Assembly: GCA_040954595.2 (NCBI GenBank) | Contig: CM082586.2 | Span: 12,307,337-12,371,336, forward strand | Origin: Balanoglossus misakiensis | Taxonomy: Eukaryota; Animalia; Hemichordata | Direction of reading: 5' to 3' | Length of the DNA stretch: 64,000 nt | In this document: positions 48,528-63,541 of the stretch, one piece after another | Numbering within the stretch: the first letter of the stretch is position 1 | Layout: each line of letters opens with the position of its first letter | Program-made: the position numbers and the translations under genes | The notes under the pieces: generated by a model | What the model was told of the DNA's origin: nothing | The model's database searches: none | What the model saw: only the letters and a program-made list of their open reading frames with translations

Positions 48528-51500
48528 CCATTGATCAGTTATACTCTATGCCTTGTCAAAATGGTGGCACATGCGTTACGCGAGACGGCTGTTTCCTGTT
48601 TGACTGTATGTGTACCGAATGCTTCACTGGTGCCACATGTACAATGCGTAAGTACAAACCAATATTATTTTATTCAATGCAAAACACTTGTTATGTATTA
48701 TATAATATAAGTACGGTACACATATTAAAGCCCTGGTAACTCAAACTTTGGGCTAGCTTAATGTTATCACTATTTTTGTTTTCGGTTGCAACTGTGGTTT
48801 CTTGTCACACTCTAAAGGATTTCACAGCATTTGGTTTTTCAAAACAGCCCTTTGGTTGTTTTCATGTATACATGTACATGACTGTGGAGTGTAGTTTGTA
48901 GATTCTGTAATTTTGACAATATCTTGACTGCACATCTCACAGCTGTCAACCAGTGTCAACCCATCCAGTGTCGGAATGGTGGAAACTGTGTGCTGACGCC
49001 CAATTGGTGTACTGAATTCACATGCTCCTGTACAAGCTGTTACTCCGGCGATTTATGTCAGACATGTGAGTGATTTTAAATTTCAGATGAAGAGGAACAT
49101 AAACACATAATCGGCTTGGTTTCTTCCAACCTGTATCAAACAGTGAATAACGACACAATTTTGGGGAAATTTATTAAGAATGTGTGTGCCATAAAAAGGG
49201 ATTGTGTATTTGACCAAACAATAACCTGCACCGTATGGTACACTAAGACACTATTACACCTGTGTCAAAATTTCATTACGTTTCTTTTGTTGAACATGGA
49301 AGAAATTTGTCACAGTGATGTTCTGTTGACCAACTGAGATTTTTACCACTCAACCCTGACTGCACAAATCTGTTTAAAGTATATGTAGTAAATATTAACT
49401 GTACACAATTTATATCACTTTCTCTTCTGTGCACAGATTTGAATCCGTGTCAGCCCAACCCTTGTCTAAACAGTGGATTCTGCCAGCAAGTGTCCTGCAC
49501 CGAGTTCAGATGCCAGAGTCCGCGCTGTTTCATCGGAACCACGTGCACTGAACGTAAGCAAACCAGTGTCAGATTTCCCGCACAAAGTAGAAATCGCTGG
49601 GCTTTGTCATTGATATTGTCTCAATAAAGTTGCCTGTGATTGTGCAGCTAACCAAGAGACTTATATGCACTACCGTAGCCATGATGAATATTTTCATTGA
49701 CTCAAATGCTCATCAGTGTAGATGTTGCTATTTTTCCAACCGTAAATTGAAACATCAGAAAGTGATGACACCAAGCTTGGATCAAGTGGTCTTCATTATC
49801 CGTCACACATGAACATGATCACATGGATGTGCAATCTTCTGACAGTCTGCTACAGATTTCACTTCCCACTCAAGTGTGTAAGACCCTAATGTGATACTTT
49901 TCATTTCTCTCACCCTTAGCGATCAACCAGTGTCTTCTAAACCCATGTCTGAATAACGGAGTATATCAGCCACTTCAAGGCTCCTGCTCAATCTACACCT
50001 GCAACTGTCCAACCTGCTACACTGGGCAAACATGTGTTACATGTAAGTCACAAGTTTTTATGTCCCATTGGTATATACCATGGGACCTTATGGGATTGGT
50101 TACGTCTGTATGTATGGATGGATGGATGGATGGATGGATGTCTGTATGTCCGTCCACATCAAAAACTTGAAAACCGCAGCGCGTATGACCTCGATATTTG
50201 GTGTGTAGATGCAGGCAGGGCTGTAGATGGGAGTTTGTTCAAATGAAGATGTCATTGCCAAAAATATGCAAATTAGCTGGGAAAATGTGAAATTGGTCAA
50301 AACTCAAAAACTGGACAACCACTGGTCATATTGATTTGAAAATTGGTATGCATATACCTTATATCTACCTCATACAATCCTGTATGTTTTGAGCTAATAT
50401 TATCGATTTCCTATTTTTTATGCATTTTTTTGTATTTTTCCATGTTATTGGTAAAAAGTCTTTGAAATTTAGTATGAAGCTTCCTAATGGTTGTCTAAGT
50501 AATCATAGTTTTGTTCAAATTGTTGCAAAATTTGCATATCTATAATGTTGAGCAATATTTGCCATTTTTGGTCAAAAAATGTTTTTCTTTAAAACCTCAT
50601 GCCAGATTGCTTTGCAATTTGGTAGGCATGTTCGTAGGGGTAACCTAAATAATATGTTGTAAAAAAATGTGATATTTGCATAAATGTGTTATCGGGGAAA
50701 CTTTTACAATTTTTGTCAAAAATTGTTTTCTCTGAAACAGCTTGTCCTATTGCATTGAACTTAGGCAGCATTTTCCTTGTAGTGATTGAAGTAAGATATT
50801 ATACAATTTTGGTGATATTTGCATATTTGGTTTTTGCCACTTTTGAACAAATATTTTCTGTGAAACTGCTTGTTGGATTGCTTTGAAATTAGATTTTTCT
50901 CTGATTGCTTTGAAATTTAGGATATAATTTCATAATACATACCTGTATATGTGCAACTTTTATTCAATTCTGAGATCAGAAAGATTAAATATTAAGCAAG
51001 TTTTTTGGTAAGTTTCTTTGTTTTTGGTTAGCAAATCTTCTCCTAAACAAATTGTCCAGTTGTTTTTAAAGTTACTATTTACAAGGAGTTGTTACCTCGA
51101 ACAAAGACATGTTTACATAACTTAAATAGGCCAGCTGTTACAGAGACCACCAGCTATCAAATTTTAATTCCCAGTGGCAGGTCAGTGTGTGTCTGTTCCA
51201 GGGCTGACTGAAAGAAGTTGCTTCACATATGTGTTTGTACAGACAATTTTTGGTTAATTTTTTTTTCTAGCACCACTTGTAAGACTGCCATGACACATGA
51301 CAGTTTATTGGGCATGTTCCTTGTTAATGTTTTTACATTCCATATTTCTATATGGTCAGATCATATCTGCTTGCAAATGTCACCTGTAATTTTTATTCTG
51401 GTGTGTCACTGTTTCCGCATAATCCTCAAATGTCATCAGATCTCCGAATGTGATGAAAACAGTGTGTTTTGAGTGTTTTTTTAAATGACCTTTTGGGTTA

Positions 51501-54111
51501 AAAGTGGCAAAAATGGCAATTTTGTCTTGAAAGGGGTCAATAAGACTGACTTTTTTGGAATCAGCACCATTTTTTACATTGAATGGACTAGTCTGCTCAA
51601 ACTTTCCTTACCAAAAATTCTGTTTAATCTTCTGTAACATGTATACTAGTATACATGTAGCTGCCTGATAGTTTGTCCTGTGTGTGTAATTGCTGAGTGA
51701 CATAACACATTCTGTGATTGGTGCAGTCACGTAATCACCAATCAGATCGCTTGTTATAAGGAGAACTGCACGACCTTTAACCGCATTAGCATACCTGATT
51801 TTAGGGCTCGATATTACCTCTGAGGACGCAATATTTAAGTTGAAGTTTTTTTCTTTTATCATATTAGAGCAAGAAGACTTGTTTTTTATGTAAAAGAAAT
51901 AGACCCTAATATACAGAGTGCATTTTGAAACGATAGGCAGGTCTGGCCCATAGCCTTATTCTTCATTTTTCTGTCATGCGTACGAATTGATCAGTGCTAA
52001 CAACCCATGTCAAAATGGCAGCACTTGCCAACCCTAACCTCGTGTGTGGCATTGACGTGTACCTGCCAAGGATGCTATACTGGGGAGCGCTGTGAAAATT
52101 GTCAGTCAGTTTCTTTTGTCAAATTAATCAATATGTGTGGGACTGCTATACATGTATATAAAACAGAATACTGCGATGGAAAATTCTATAACTTAATGTT
52201 TCAGTGGATATATGACTTAAAGTTAGCAGGATGCAGTAAATTCAACAGACAGTGTAATTTCCTCTTGTGTGAGCTCTGTGCGACTGTGCCAATGAAAATC
52301 TCACCACAAACAAAAATGACAGGTATACACTGTATATTAGCAGCTTTGTCTCTGTAATAGCCATAGTGTTTTGAAGTTGAAAACTTGCAAAGTGTGCAGT
52401 TTTATTCACACTACAAAGGAAACATTGTTGAAACGGATTATCTGTGTACATTGTCAAACTGTACACTTGTCGTGAGATTTATTCTCAATTATATTATATC
52501 ATGCTACAGTCCGCAATTCTGATTGGACGAGAGCTCAATTCAGCGATGCTAAAATACTCAATAATGCACTGCTGGCAGTGGTAAAACGGGCTTTCTGTTT
52601 GCCACCTGGGTTTGTTCTTTAGGTTGTTGTATGTGTTTACACTCATCATGTTTATTGTAGAACCAGGGTCGATCAGTGAGGCAACTGCTGTTTGTTCTAT
52701 CTGCACTGTTACTCGAGGCCTCCTGCCATTTGATTGTTGTACAGTGAAGCAGTATTCATCTCCCGAGCTGTCTTCCACTGTATGCACAGCTTTGACAGTT
52801 TCATCCTTGTCTACCCTATTTGCCTTGCCTTTTGATCGGCAGCATTTGGCAAAATGGTTATGTTTGCCACACTTCCTGCATGACTTGCCTTTAGCTGGAC
52901 ATACTGAGTCATGTGGATAGGTGCCACCACAATAATAACAAGTGGACGGTCCTTTCGCTGGCTGCTGATGAGCTCTCTTTTGTTTATTTGGTTTCGGGCG
53001 TTGATGGCGCTGTTTTCTGACCGCATTCACAGATGCCGTATCTGCACCATTATTTTGGGTTTTCTCCTCAATCCCACTAGCCTGAACCTCTGATACCTCA
53101 AATGAACGGGCTGTACTCAGTAGATTCTCTAGTGTCGTCTCCTCCCGAAGAGCACAACGTCTGAGACGGGCTGATGTGAATCCTCGTATGATTTGTGATT
53201 TGACCTCTTGATCCTTATTGGTGAAGTCACATATGTTTCTGCTAGGCGTTGCAAACAAGTGTGATAGGCATCAATCGATTCGCCGTTGTTTTGTATGGTG
53301 TCTCTGAAGATGAATCGTTCGTATTCAATGTTCCGTTTGGGTGAGAAGTACGACGTAAGCTTTAATTTGGCTGTTTCACAGCTCGTTCCTGTATATGGTA
53401 GAGTATCAAAGAAGTCGGAAACTTCCTCACCTGCCCAGTGCAATAGCAGTGCACGTTGTCGCTTGTCATCTGTAATGTTGAATGCGACAAATGCGTTTTC
53501 TACTCTAGCCATGTACTTTTTCCATCTCGTACTGGTGGTTATTGGGTCTGAATAAACAGGAAAACTCGGCATTGACGGCTAGCTGATTCTCCATGTTCTC
53601 CGTCCTCGTCGCCAAATATAGAATCGTGGGTGGGCAATAATGACAACACGAGACACCAAGACCGGCATGTAAGAGTGAGAGTGCCTAGCCTCGTTCACGC
53701 ACTTTATTCATAATGACCCGAATGTTGCATTACGTCATTTTACAGAATGTATAAAGTATAGATGCTCACTAGTGTTTGGACACTACAATATACATGTGAC
53801 TGCAGTGTCTTTCCAATCATGAATTTGCAAGGTGTCCTTCGGAGAAAATCTTCTGATTCTCTTTTCTGATTTGCTTTGCATATATAACTTAATGATCTCA
53901 TTTGTTGGAATTCCCTGTCTCAAATTTTTGATGATCAGTCTCTGCCCCATTGCTCATCGTCCCAACTTTCTTGTGTATTGAAAACCAGGAATCAACCAAT
54001 GCGATCCCAATCCGTGCTTGAACAGTGGTTTCTGCCAGATGACATCTGGATCATGTGAACTGTACACATGTTTCTGTCAGAATTCTTACACTGGTGACCT
54101 TTGTGAACAAA
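48528..54111 (+). pseudogene. Array of phase-1 EGF-like exons: 48528-48647, 48943-49065, 49437-49553, 49920-50042, 51984-52100, 53989-54111
   Basis: 117-123 bp, AG/GT-bounded; five are in frame but four have lost a Cys; 51984 is frameshifted and has lost its acceptor. Confidence 0.85.
52560..53787 (-). mobile_element. Mag-clade Gypsy 5' fragment, copy 3 (more diverged)
   Basis: As 10690-11919. Confidence 0.9.
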
Positions 54112-55140
54112 GTAAGTTTTGATTTTTTGTCTTGGGTTAATAATTTATACAGTTCAAAGTATCACCATTTCTTTCAATATGTAGATTTGTTTGTTTTTCT
54201 CTACAAGTGTAATCATCTGCATGAAAATTTGTGTCGCTGTCACCGAACCCAGCTAGTCCATACAACCAACAGTATGAATCACCACCTCATGCTCGGCGTA
54301 GCCATAGGCTATACATGCCTGCCGGTATCGAAGGCCATTATGAGTATTGGTACCAGACCCCTCTTGAGAATGAATCATGGTTCCACCCTTATGGTAAAAA
54401 GTAAGATTAATCCATGCTAATAAATGACAATATTAGAATAAAAGTACATTCCAAGTGACTTGTTGGGAGCATCGGGCCACTTAATCCCGAAAAATTGCAA
54501 TCGGCCTGATTTTCAGTTAATCAATCTAAAGCCCAACTTTTCGTGTATTTAGTTGGGTTTCTAAAACTAACACATTTTTGACAATATTTATGGCATGATG
54601 AACACTACTCTCATCAAATAAAATAATGTTGTGTCGTCCACAACTGGTGTAATTTTTATGTGTTTGGAATCGTAGACACCATTTATCTTTTAGTCAACTC
54701 TAAATCTAATATAACAGTCGCGAAAATTGCTATGACAAACAAAAAATGAAGTGCTAACAGGGGACACCCTTGTCAGATCTCTTTGGATGGATAACATTTA
54801 GAGAAGACATTGCCATTTTTCAAACATTTAGTATGTGATTATACATAGTTTTAAACCTAACGCTGCCAAGTCAGTTTGATATCCAGGGTGCCTAGAATCA
54901 TGGCTCCCAGGCCTGTTAGGCTGCCAAGGGCGTGTTACGCAGTAGGGCCTATACAAGACCCTCAAACCAAACCAGAGCAAACCAGTACGTTTTAAGGGGG
55001 GCTTAGACTGCCAAGTGTGTCTAACATATGAGAGCCATGGCAAGACAGTCAAAATACGTTTAGGAAGAAAAAATGGCAAATACTTATTTTAAGGGACTTG
55101 ACACTCTAAACAGGTATGACACCTAGTAGCATTAGGGTTA

Positions 55141-56976
55141 AAATATAGCTGCAAGCCAAAATGGTCATCTGAGGTCACCCGAAATTTGGGCAAAATTTTT
55201 TGACCCCATACTGGTCCAGGTCCATCAGAAACCAAACCTTCAGCCCTATTGGTTTGCCTGGAATTAGGTATGCACATAATTAATGAGTTAAGCAGTTGTA
55301 CAGGTGACCTCAAAATTCGGCTTCTCATTTTAGTCCCATCTCGAAATGCTAAGGCTGTACCTGCTCTGGAGGCCGAGATATGAGAAAGTAGATCACCTGA
55401 GGTCACCCAAAATTTTATGGAAAAAATTGGACACCACACTTGTCCATGTCCAACAGAAACAAAACCTCTATATGAAGTCTGTCGGTCTAATAGTTACGTA
55501 CCTATGAGCATTTATGTTATATATAGTTCAAATGTCACCGAGGTCACGTGACATTGCGGCGAAATGATTTGGTCCAATAGTTGTACCTGTCCACCAAAAA
55601 TCAGCTCCCTAGGTGTATTAGTTAGCGTAGAAGTAGATATGTGTTTTTCAAGGTGGGTCAAAGGTCAAGGGGTCACCCGAAATTTGGCTTCTCATTTCGG
55701 CCCCTTGGTCAGTCCCTGTTCACTCCATAAATGGAGACGTGTTCTGCGCAACCGCAGTACATGTAACCTCGTGAACTCAGATGTGCACATGCGTACAGCA
55801 GTCCCTGTTCACACCATAAATGGAGACGTGTTCTGCGCAACCACAGCTGGACCTGTGAAAGATCAAATCCGATCGACATATTTAGTTTCCGTATATTATA
55901 TTGACCAATGCAGACTAAATCTAATAGAATTACTACATGTAGTATATCGTGTATAATACACACGTTTGGCAATATTGCAGTTTGAGTGTTAGATGCAGAC
56001 GTGTATACCCGATCTAAATTTCCGACCTACACATGTACATGTATCACTGTTCACATGTACATACACCTTAACTGCGTTCTGAAAATGACCTGGTATTTTC
56101 AAAATGTTACCCCAGATTACCCCATCATGTGATAGCCATGAAACTCACACCCATTGTCCAGCAGTAGTTAGTTGACTATCCTATTCACTCAAAACAAAAT
56201 GAACGGGTGTGAAAAAGTCACTAAAACAGCATTGATACAGAGGTGTATAACACTGTCCATGATTTCAAGAGAAAAACATGAACGCAGCCCAGGCAGATCG
56301 GTCACTGTATGTGGCGATATCTTTCTAAGTATTTCACTCAACTTGTACAGACGATGCCATGCTGTCTTCTGGAATGTGCTGGTAACGTCACATATCGAAA
56401 CATATTGATGATGCCCTTCCCTGCGGCTCGGGCATCATCAATATTATTAAGGTCAAAGATCACCATCCCTTGTGCAGGCAAAAGATCATGATATTGCCCT
56501 CGCTAACATGTGTTATTATTTAAATACGATGTTGTCATAGCTTTACTATGCAGGTATAGTAAAACCTATGCCTTGGTCCAGACCCCCCATGGTCAATGAA
56601 AAAATATGAAATATAATGATCAAAAATCTTCTCAAAATCGGCATACCCTAATTTGAAAATTTCGCCCTTATATGGTCATCAGGTCACTTGACTAATTTAA
56701 CATTCACGGATGTGCTGCACCAGATCTCATTGGCCTGCATCATTGTGCCAAATTTGAGAATTGTAGGTTTAGCCGTTTTCAAGATCCTAGTGGCCGATGA
56801 AAGTGCCAAAGAAGAAGAAAAATGCCAGCAATACCAATAGGGGCCCCGCCCATAGGGGCTTGGGCCCCTATAACCCCCAGTAATAACAATAGGGGCCCCG
56901 CCCATAGGGGCTTGGGCCCCTAAAAACGCCAGTAATACCAATAGGTGCCCCGCCCATAGGGGCTTGGGCCCCTAAT
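55141..56976 (-). mobile_element. HINE/Helentron-like element with nested inserts and a triplicated terminal hairpin
   Basis: AAATATAGCTGCAAGC end; 52-bp unit x3 at 56825-56976. Confidence 0.65.
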
Positions 56977-57460
56977 AAGTTAGTTGTAAAGTTATTACTG
57001 AGCTTGAATTTCACTAGCGACTAAAAGTAAACAAAAAATGATGGTCAAAGTATCACAAGCTTTATTTTGGTTTGATGTAGGATGTAATATGCTTATAGCA
57101 CACTGCCAAATTAAGGTCAACCAATAAGACCGGTAGGATATGATCGAAAACCACACGTATTAATGTGTAAAAGGCCGAACTTCCCAATAAATTTGGGTAG
57201 CCGACTACAGACAGAGTCGAACCGATGCATGATCTGAAGTATCAAGACACATGGACTATTATTTATTGTTTCAGCAATTTGACTTTAGTTTATAATTTCC
57301 TGTGGCAGTTTTTGCCGACAAGAATCAATGCCCGACCAAACAAAATGGACATTTTCACATGATCGTTACTGAGGTCACAAGTTAGCCAAGCCCTCATACA
57401 TGCGCTATTCGGACGTATCGGTGATCTGTTTATGTGTTTAGCTAAGGTGGTAAACTGTTC

Positions 57461-58322
57461 ATCAATCAATCAATCAATCAAAAGGACTTATAGAGCACCA
57501 AACTCCACTGCAATAGTGTTCAATAGCGCTTTACAATGTAAAGTTATGTTAATAGGCTCTATTAAACAGATAAGTCTTGATGTGTTTCTTGAAACTGTCA
57601 AGGCTAGGTGACTGGCATACTTCTATTGGGACACTGTTCCAAATGAGTGGGGCGATATACGAAAAAGCATGATCGCCGTACGTTTTCTTCTTACTCCATG
57701 GTACATGAAGTAGAAATTTGTCATTTGAACGAAGAAGTCTTGTTGAAGTTTTCAGATGGATTAAGTCAGAGATGTAAGCCGGTGCTGTGTTGTTTAATGC
57801 CTTATATGTCATAAGCAAGATCTTGTATTGGATTCTATAGTGTACAGGCAACCAATGTAAATCCATGAGAACAGGAGTAATATGATCCGTTTTACGGGTA
57901 CGAGAAACGATCCTGGCTGCAGAATTCAGGGCATGCTGTAGCATGCATGATGATGGTAAACCACAGAGTAGTGCATTACAGTAGTCCAGTTTTGATGTGA
58001 TTAGAGCATGAACCAGCATCTGGCAAACTTCCTTAGTGAGGTAACGGCGAATGTGGCTGATTTGACGCAGATGGAAGAAAATTGACTTGCAAATTGCATT
58101 AATGTGCTTATTGAAAGTGTAATTGTCGTCGAATGTCACACCTATATTCCGTGCAGAATTCACAATTTGAACACAACATGATCCAATGCTCATGTGGTTT
58201 ATGGAACGAGGCGAGCGGTTGAGCTGAGACCTTATCAGGAGTACCTCGGTTTTGCCACCATTGAGTTGAAGTTTATTATGTGTCATCCAGGTTTTTATTT
58301 CGTGAACTGCCCTTTCCAGTTA
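57461..58322 (-). mobile_element. L2 (CR1 group) LINE, 5'-truncated 3' end
   Basis: ORF 57549-58286 with NKLQLNGGKTE, SARNIGV, SKLDYCN, LHWLPV; short 3' UTR and (TTGA)n tail. Confidence 0.92.
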
Positions 58323-59156
58323 AATATCGCAACTAGCCATAATGTTTGACTGGGGGGAGCACCTATACTAATGCGAGAACCAGGGATTGAAAGTTGCACC
58401 TGTGTTTTGATCCCTTAGTTACCCTTATAAGTACATTTGTAGTTTAATAACCATAGTTCTATTGCAAACCATTCTTTCCGTAGTTTCTTGTTTCAAATAT
58501 TGTAATCTGAATTTATTTTGGTGTTTAACATGTGTGATTATCTGTATTGGCGGCCATTTTAAAAAAAATTGGTTGCCATGGAAACTCTTCAACAGATATT
58601 TAGTGACTCGCTATCTGAATTTGTTCAGTACACATTAACACACATCTGAGCCAAGTTTGGTGCTTTTATCACAAAATACACAATCGATATGAAAATTTGG
58701 GTTTTGGTGCTCCACTACATAAGTAACATTAAGGATGTACGTTCAGTAAAATTGAAAGTATTGTCATTTTTTTTAATTGTGGATTTTTTTATTCTCCTTT
58801 GTATGTATAATGAAAATCCATAATAAAATATAGGGGTCACCGGGCTTGTTTTTGAAATACAGAGCCATGAATTTGGTCGATAATAGAAGAAATCTGCTGA
58901 CTCAGCATTTTTCACCAATGGTTTGTCTATGGGCAAAATTCTTAACGCAATTTATCTCAAAAAAGAGCGCGGTGACCCCTATATTTTATTTGACCAATGA
59001 ATTTGCTGGACTGAGCTATGTGTAAAATTTCGTGAAAATGACAATAGTAGAAGTTTGTTTTCTGGCGATTATCAATGTAATCCTATGGGAAAAAGACCGG
59101 GTGCGCAGTGTTTCCAGTTTATGTTCTGCGCGTACATCCTTGATGAAGTTTGCTGG

Positions 59157-60535
59157 CTAGAGGGCTCCTAAACCTCCCTAATATTTGACGTCTTCACTCC
59201 TACAGGACTGCGCAGCTGGAAGTTACAGTTCAGCATGTTCTGAAGCATGCACGCTGTGTCCAAGGGTTTCATGTGTGGAACAGCCAGCCTCTCATCACCA
59301 ACACAATGCGGACAGGGATATTTTGCCAACAATGGAAGTATAGACTGTACGCCTTGTCCTGCCCTGGGTATAAGTGCCAATATGATGGTATGTCGGAGCC
59401 AGAGGTGTGTGAAGATGGATACTACACTAATATAGAGGGTGAGTCAGCACTTAAAGTTTGGGCATTACTGTGTAATCTTTCACTTAAGGCGGACGATCAT
59501 CTTATGTGCATGTGCGTAATTCTGTGCGTACAAACATTACGTCCAGTCCAAATATTCTGCCAATTTTACATCCAATGCATTCAAATAGTGGACTGCTTCG
59601 CTTTCATCCAGTTTTCATGTGCATCGTATAAGTAGACTTTTGTTTTGTCCCGTCTTTTCACCGAATTTGCTCTTTTCCAAATCTCCGACACAGACTATGA
59701 TCGTCACATTCTTGTCTGTTGTTAGAACAGCACACTGCCATATGGCATTGACTGTATACAGTTTCTGTTACCAATATCTCTGGTTTGGCATTTTCCTGTC
59801 CTCAATCTTTTGCCAGGGATTTTTGTCTCCCCAACCCGCGTGAGAATCCCACGTCTTTTAAGGTATGACTGTGACTATAAGATTCTATAAATCTCTGTTT
59901 ATTTTCAGCACAAACATCATGTCCTGATTGGCCAACTGGTAACCAATGTCCAAATGGTAACACTGTGATTTTATGCTCGGCTGGTTATTACAGTTCGGCC
60001 TTGGACAAAGGATGTCTCGCTGTACCTCTTGCATAACAGGTAAACTTCTACCCACCCACCTTTATTTCCAACATCAAACATTAGGTCAGGTAATTTACTA
60101 ACTGAAAAATAGGATGGGAACATTTTCCATTTCTGTATTTAAAATTTACTGATATAATATATGAATGAAAAAATGACAATTTTTTCCAAATTTGAATAGA
60201 CCTCTATTTATGAAAATAATTAAAATTTGCGCCAAATTTTTACAGTGGTATTTAAAGGTTAACTTGGTGTGTTAATTCTTTGTTTGATTTACAGATCAGC
60301 CGGTGATGAACAGTGTACTATTTGTGAGCAAGGGTACGCCTGCACAGATCCCAGTGCATCGCAATTCAAGTGTACCAAGGGTTACGTGTCATTGGCTAGT
60401 GCAACAAACTGTACCAGATGTACAAATGGTAAGATTGTGGTACTTGTTCAGTTTGCTGTGTGATGAAACCGAGGGGTATGTCTGTATGCATGTATGTGTT
60501 TACAACAGATTTTCAAGTCAGTGCGACTGGGGTTA

Positions 60536-60566
<31 letters not shown>

Positions 60567-63541
60567 ATGTATGTGTTTACAACAGATTATCAACTCAGTG
60601 CGAGATCTTGCGAGACCCGGTTAGCCATGTGAGATCTCGCAGAGTCTTATGATATTCAGAAAATGGTTGATTAGAAATGACGTTTAATGTCCTCCAAAGA
60701 ATTTTCTACATGCCTGTATACTTGTCTCAGAATTATGAAGTGAATCATCTCAAGTAATTTGTTATTTTAAATGACACTGTATCACAAATACTTCACCAAA
60801 AACCTCATTTTCTTTGATCAGATGAAATAAGTGAGGAGCCTGCACGCACATCCCATCTTCTGTGCCCTGCTGGACAATCGTGTTCAGATCCAATGTAAGA
60901 TCCGCTTGACTGTGGCAATGGTGAATATGCTATGGAAGGCGACGGCACATGCACGCCTTGTCCAGCAGGATCCAAGTGTCCAACCATGTCACCCGTAGTG
61001 GATTGTTCAACAGTTACTGGTAAGTTGGGCTGCAAATCACTCTTGTGACTTCCCTGTGTTATAGCATGACATACACAGAAAATTAAACTGTTATGCTCAT
61101 TGGAGTTGATATTGTGATGCACTTTGAAAAACACAATGATTCCACTGAAGAGGTATTGTACAGTAACACCTGTGATTACGGACATCTCTCTAATAAGGGA
61201 TCGTTGGACCAAACCAATCGTTCTTTGAATTTTTTCTGTGATAGGTTCATACTCGCTAGGTTCGGCCACGTCCTTCTGGTTATGAATGCACAACTACAAG
61301 TGTCACACAGTGCGCTACAGGGCAGTAAAGTGTTGAAGGAGGTAAGTCTTGAAATCTCTTTTCTTCTGGTCTCGATTTGAACATGGTTCCACAAGTTGTT
61401 TACATCACTTGTAGTTTTACATATTTTTTGAGTTCAACAGCTATGCTATACATGGTGTCCTGAGAAGTCGACCAGTATGAGAAGTCGGTATCGGCCAGTA
61501 CGAGAAGTCGGCCTTTGGGAGAGAACCCTGGTACTTTGTGTTATATATAACTGTTTCACTACGAAATGTTTCCTTGATGTACAGGAGCTGAGATATTTGT
61601 ACAAATAGCCGATGAATTTTAAAACTGTCTGTTCACTTTGCATGTACGTCACCGGGGTACGTCAACATCAGTCACCTGCACTTCTTGCGCTGCGCCAGTA
61701 GTCAGTTCCTCGTCACGTTTGTTTGTTTGGTGTTGTCTCAAAGTATGCATATACACATACATCTTCTATGTATTTTAGTAGGCTTTGAAACAACTCCCTG
61801 TAAAGGGACAAAGTCTCTCTCTCTCGCTGCCCTTTTTCCATTAATAATATTTGATACAAGACACCATTTATTTATTCTAAATGTGGATATATAGTGAATC
61901 AACGTTCAACCACACACAACTTCAATCCAACTTGTAGACACGAGAGTGAAAAACTTGCCAAAATGAATAATCGGTGTTTACCATTTATTCATTTTGGCGG
62001 GATTTTTACACTCATATCCTACAAACGGGATGGAATTTGTCTGTAGTTGAATGTGGATTCTCAATATATCCACATGTAGAATAATGTGAACGGTGTCTTG
62101 TATCAAACATAATTAATGGAAAAAGGTTCGCGCGAGAGAGACTTTGTCCCTTTAATCAGAAATGTCACAGGAATTTGGCGAACAACCTAAGCTCCTTACG
62201 CGGATACGGGGCTGGGGAACCGGTACGGATGCCAGACGCCATTATTTGAAATGACGCCATTGTGTTGTCAAGAATTTGGGAAATCCGTCCAAATGAAAAT
62301 ATTTAGTGCAATTATATTTTATTAAGTGTTGTTATAAGTAATCTGGGTCATCACTGCACTATTCGGGTACAAGTTCAACAACTGGCCGACTTCTCGTACT
62401 GGCCGACTTCTCATACGCGCGTACTGGCCGACTTCTAATCTGGCCGACTTCTCATGTATTCCTATACATTAGTGAAAATTGGGGAAACTGGTGTTTTTCA
62501 GACAACTTATGAAGTCCCTTTCGCAATATTAACTCTAAAACAGCGGGTGATATTCCTTTTAAAATTTAACCAAATAAGCATACTTGAACTCTGTCATATC
62601 GGCAAAACACTCACTACACAAGCTGCTGTTATTCTACAGACATGACATGTGCTGATTGCGGCGTAGGTAACTACTGTCCAGATGGGTCAGACAGCCCCAT
62701 TCCTTGTCCATCAAGTTATTATGCTGACACAGCCACAGAAGTATCCTGTACCCCTTGCGATCCAGGCTGTCAGTGTGCAGCAACATCACCCACTTGCCTG
62801 CACATCAAGAACCTACTCTCTGGGACCATCAACAACATGTACTCCCCTTCTACCAGGTTTGTAGTCGTCTTAGTCGTAAAAACATATTTAAGGTGTTGCG
62901 CACCTCGAAATAAAGGGTCGTCTGATCATGTTTAAATTAATACTGATGATACTATGACTTCTAAACATTTAATCTATGGAATAAAAATTGGGGGTCAACC
63001 ATCTAGAGTTTTGAAAAAGCGCCCTTTATCTAGCACCTCTTTCAGATTTTGCCAGGCTCGTAGATTTTTGTAAAATGGCCTCAAAAATAAGAATTTTGGG
63101 AGGTTTGTCATATTTTTTCACCATTGTAGAATCTAAATGTTCTGAATTTTGAGATTGATTCATGTTCAGTATGATAATCGCATGTCAATACAACTGTTAC
63201 ATTAAAGGAAAAGTTCAAATCCGCCTAAAACCACATTGCATTGGTACCTAGTTAAGTTGTCCTCACTTCTGACGCAAAATTTTGATGTGCAATGCACGTG
63301 TCTGTGAAATTGACGAATAAAAAAATTGTATACCAGTGCAAAATTAAAAACTCCCTGTGCAGCCATCTTGGCAACTGCATGCTGGGAAAAGTACTCGGAT
63401 GATGACGAAAAAGTTTCGGGGTTCCGTGTAGTGCTACCCCGGAATACAATGTTGGGTGCAGACTACAACTATGGAAAAGAGATGCAGAATGTCATGTGAT
63501 ATAGTAGTGAAAACAAATACACGTTGGTTCACGTATTTCAG
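59157..63541. repeat. Segmental duplicate of 39110-48360
   Basis: Colinear; lacks Ngaro-2 and MITE copy 4; retains a segment of about 590 bp with an extra exon. Confidence 0.93.

Noticed and set aside
58540-59030. Additional MITE fragments (..GCTCCACTA end; AATAAAATATAGGGGTCACCG inverted pair)
   Set aside because: Termini and TSDs could not be defined.
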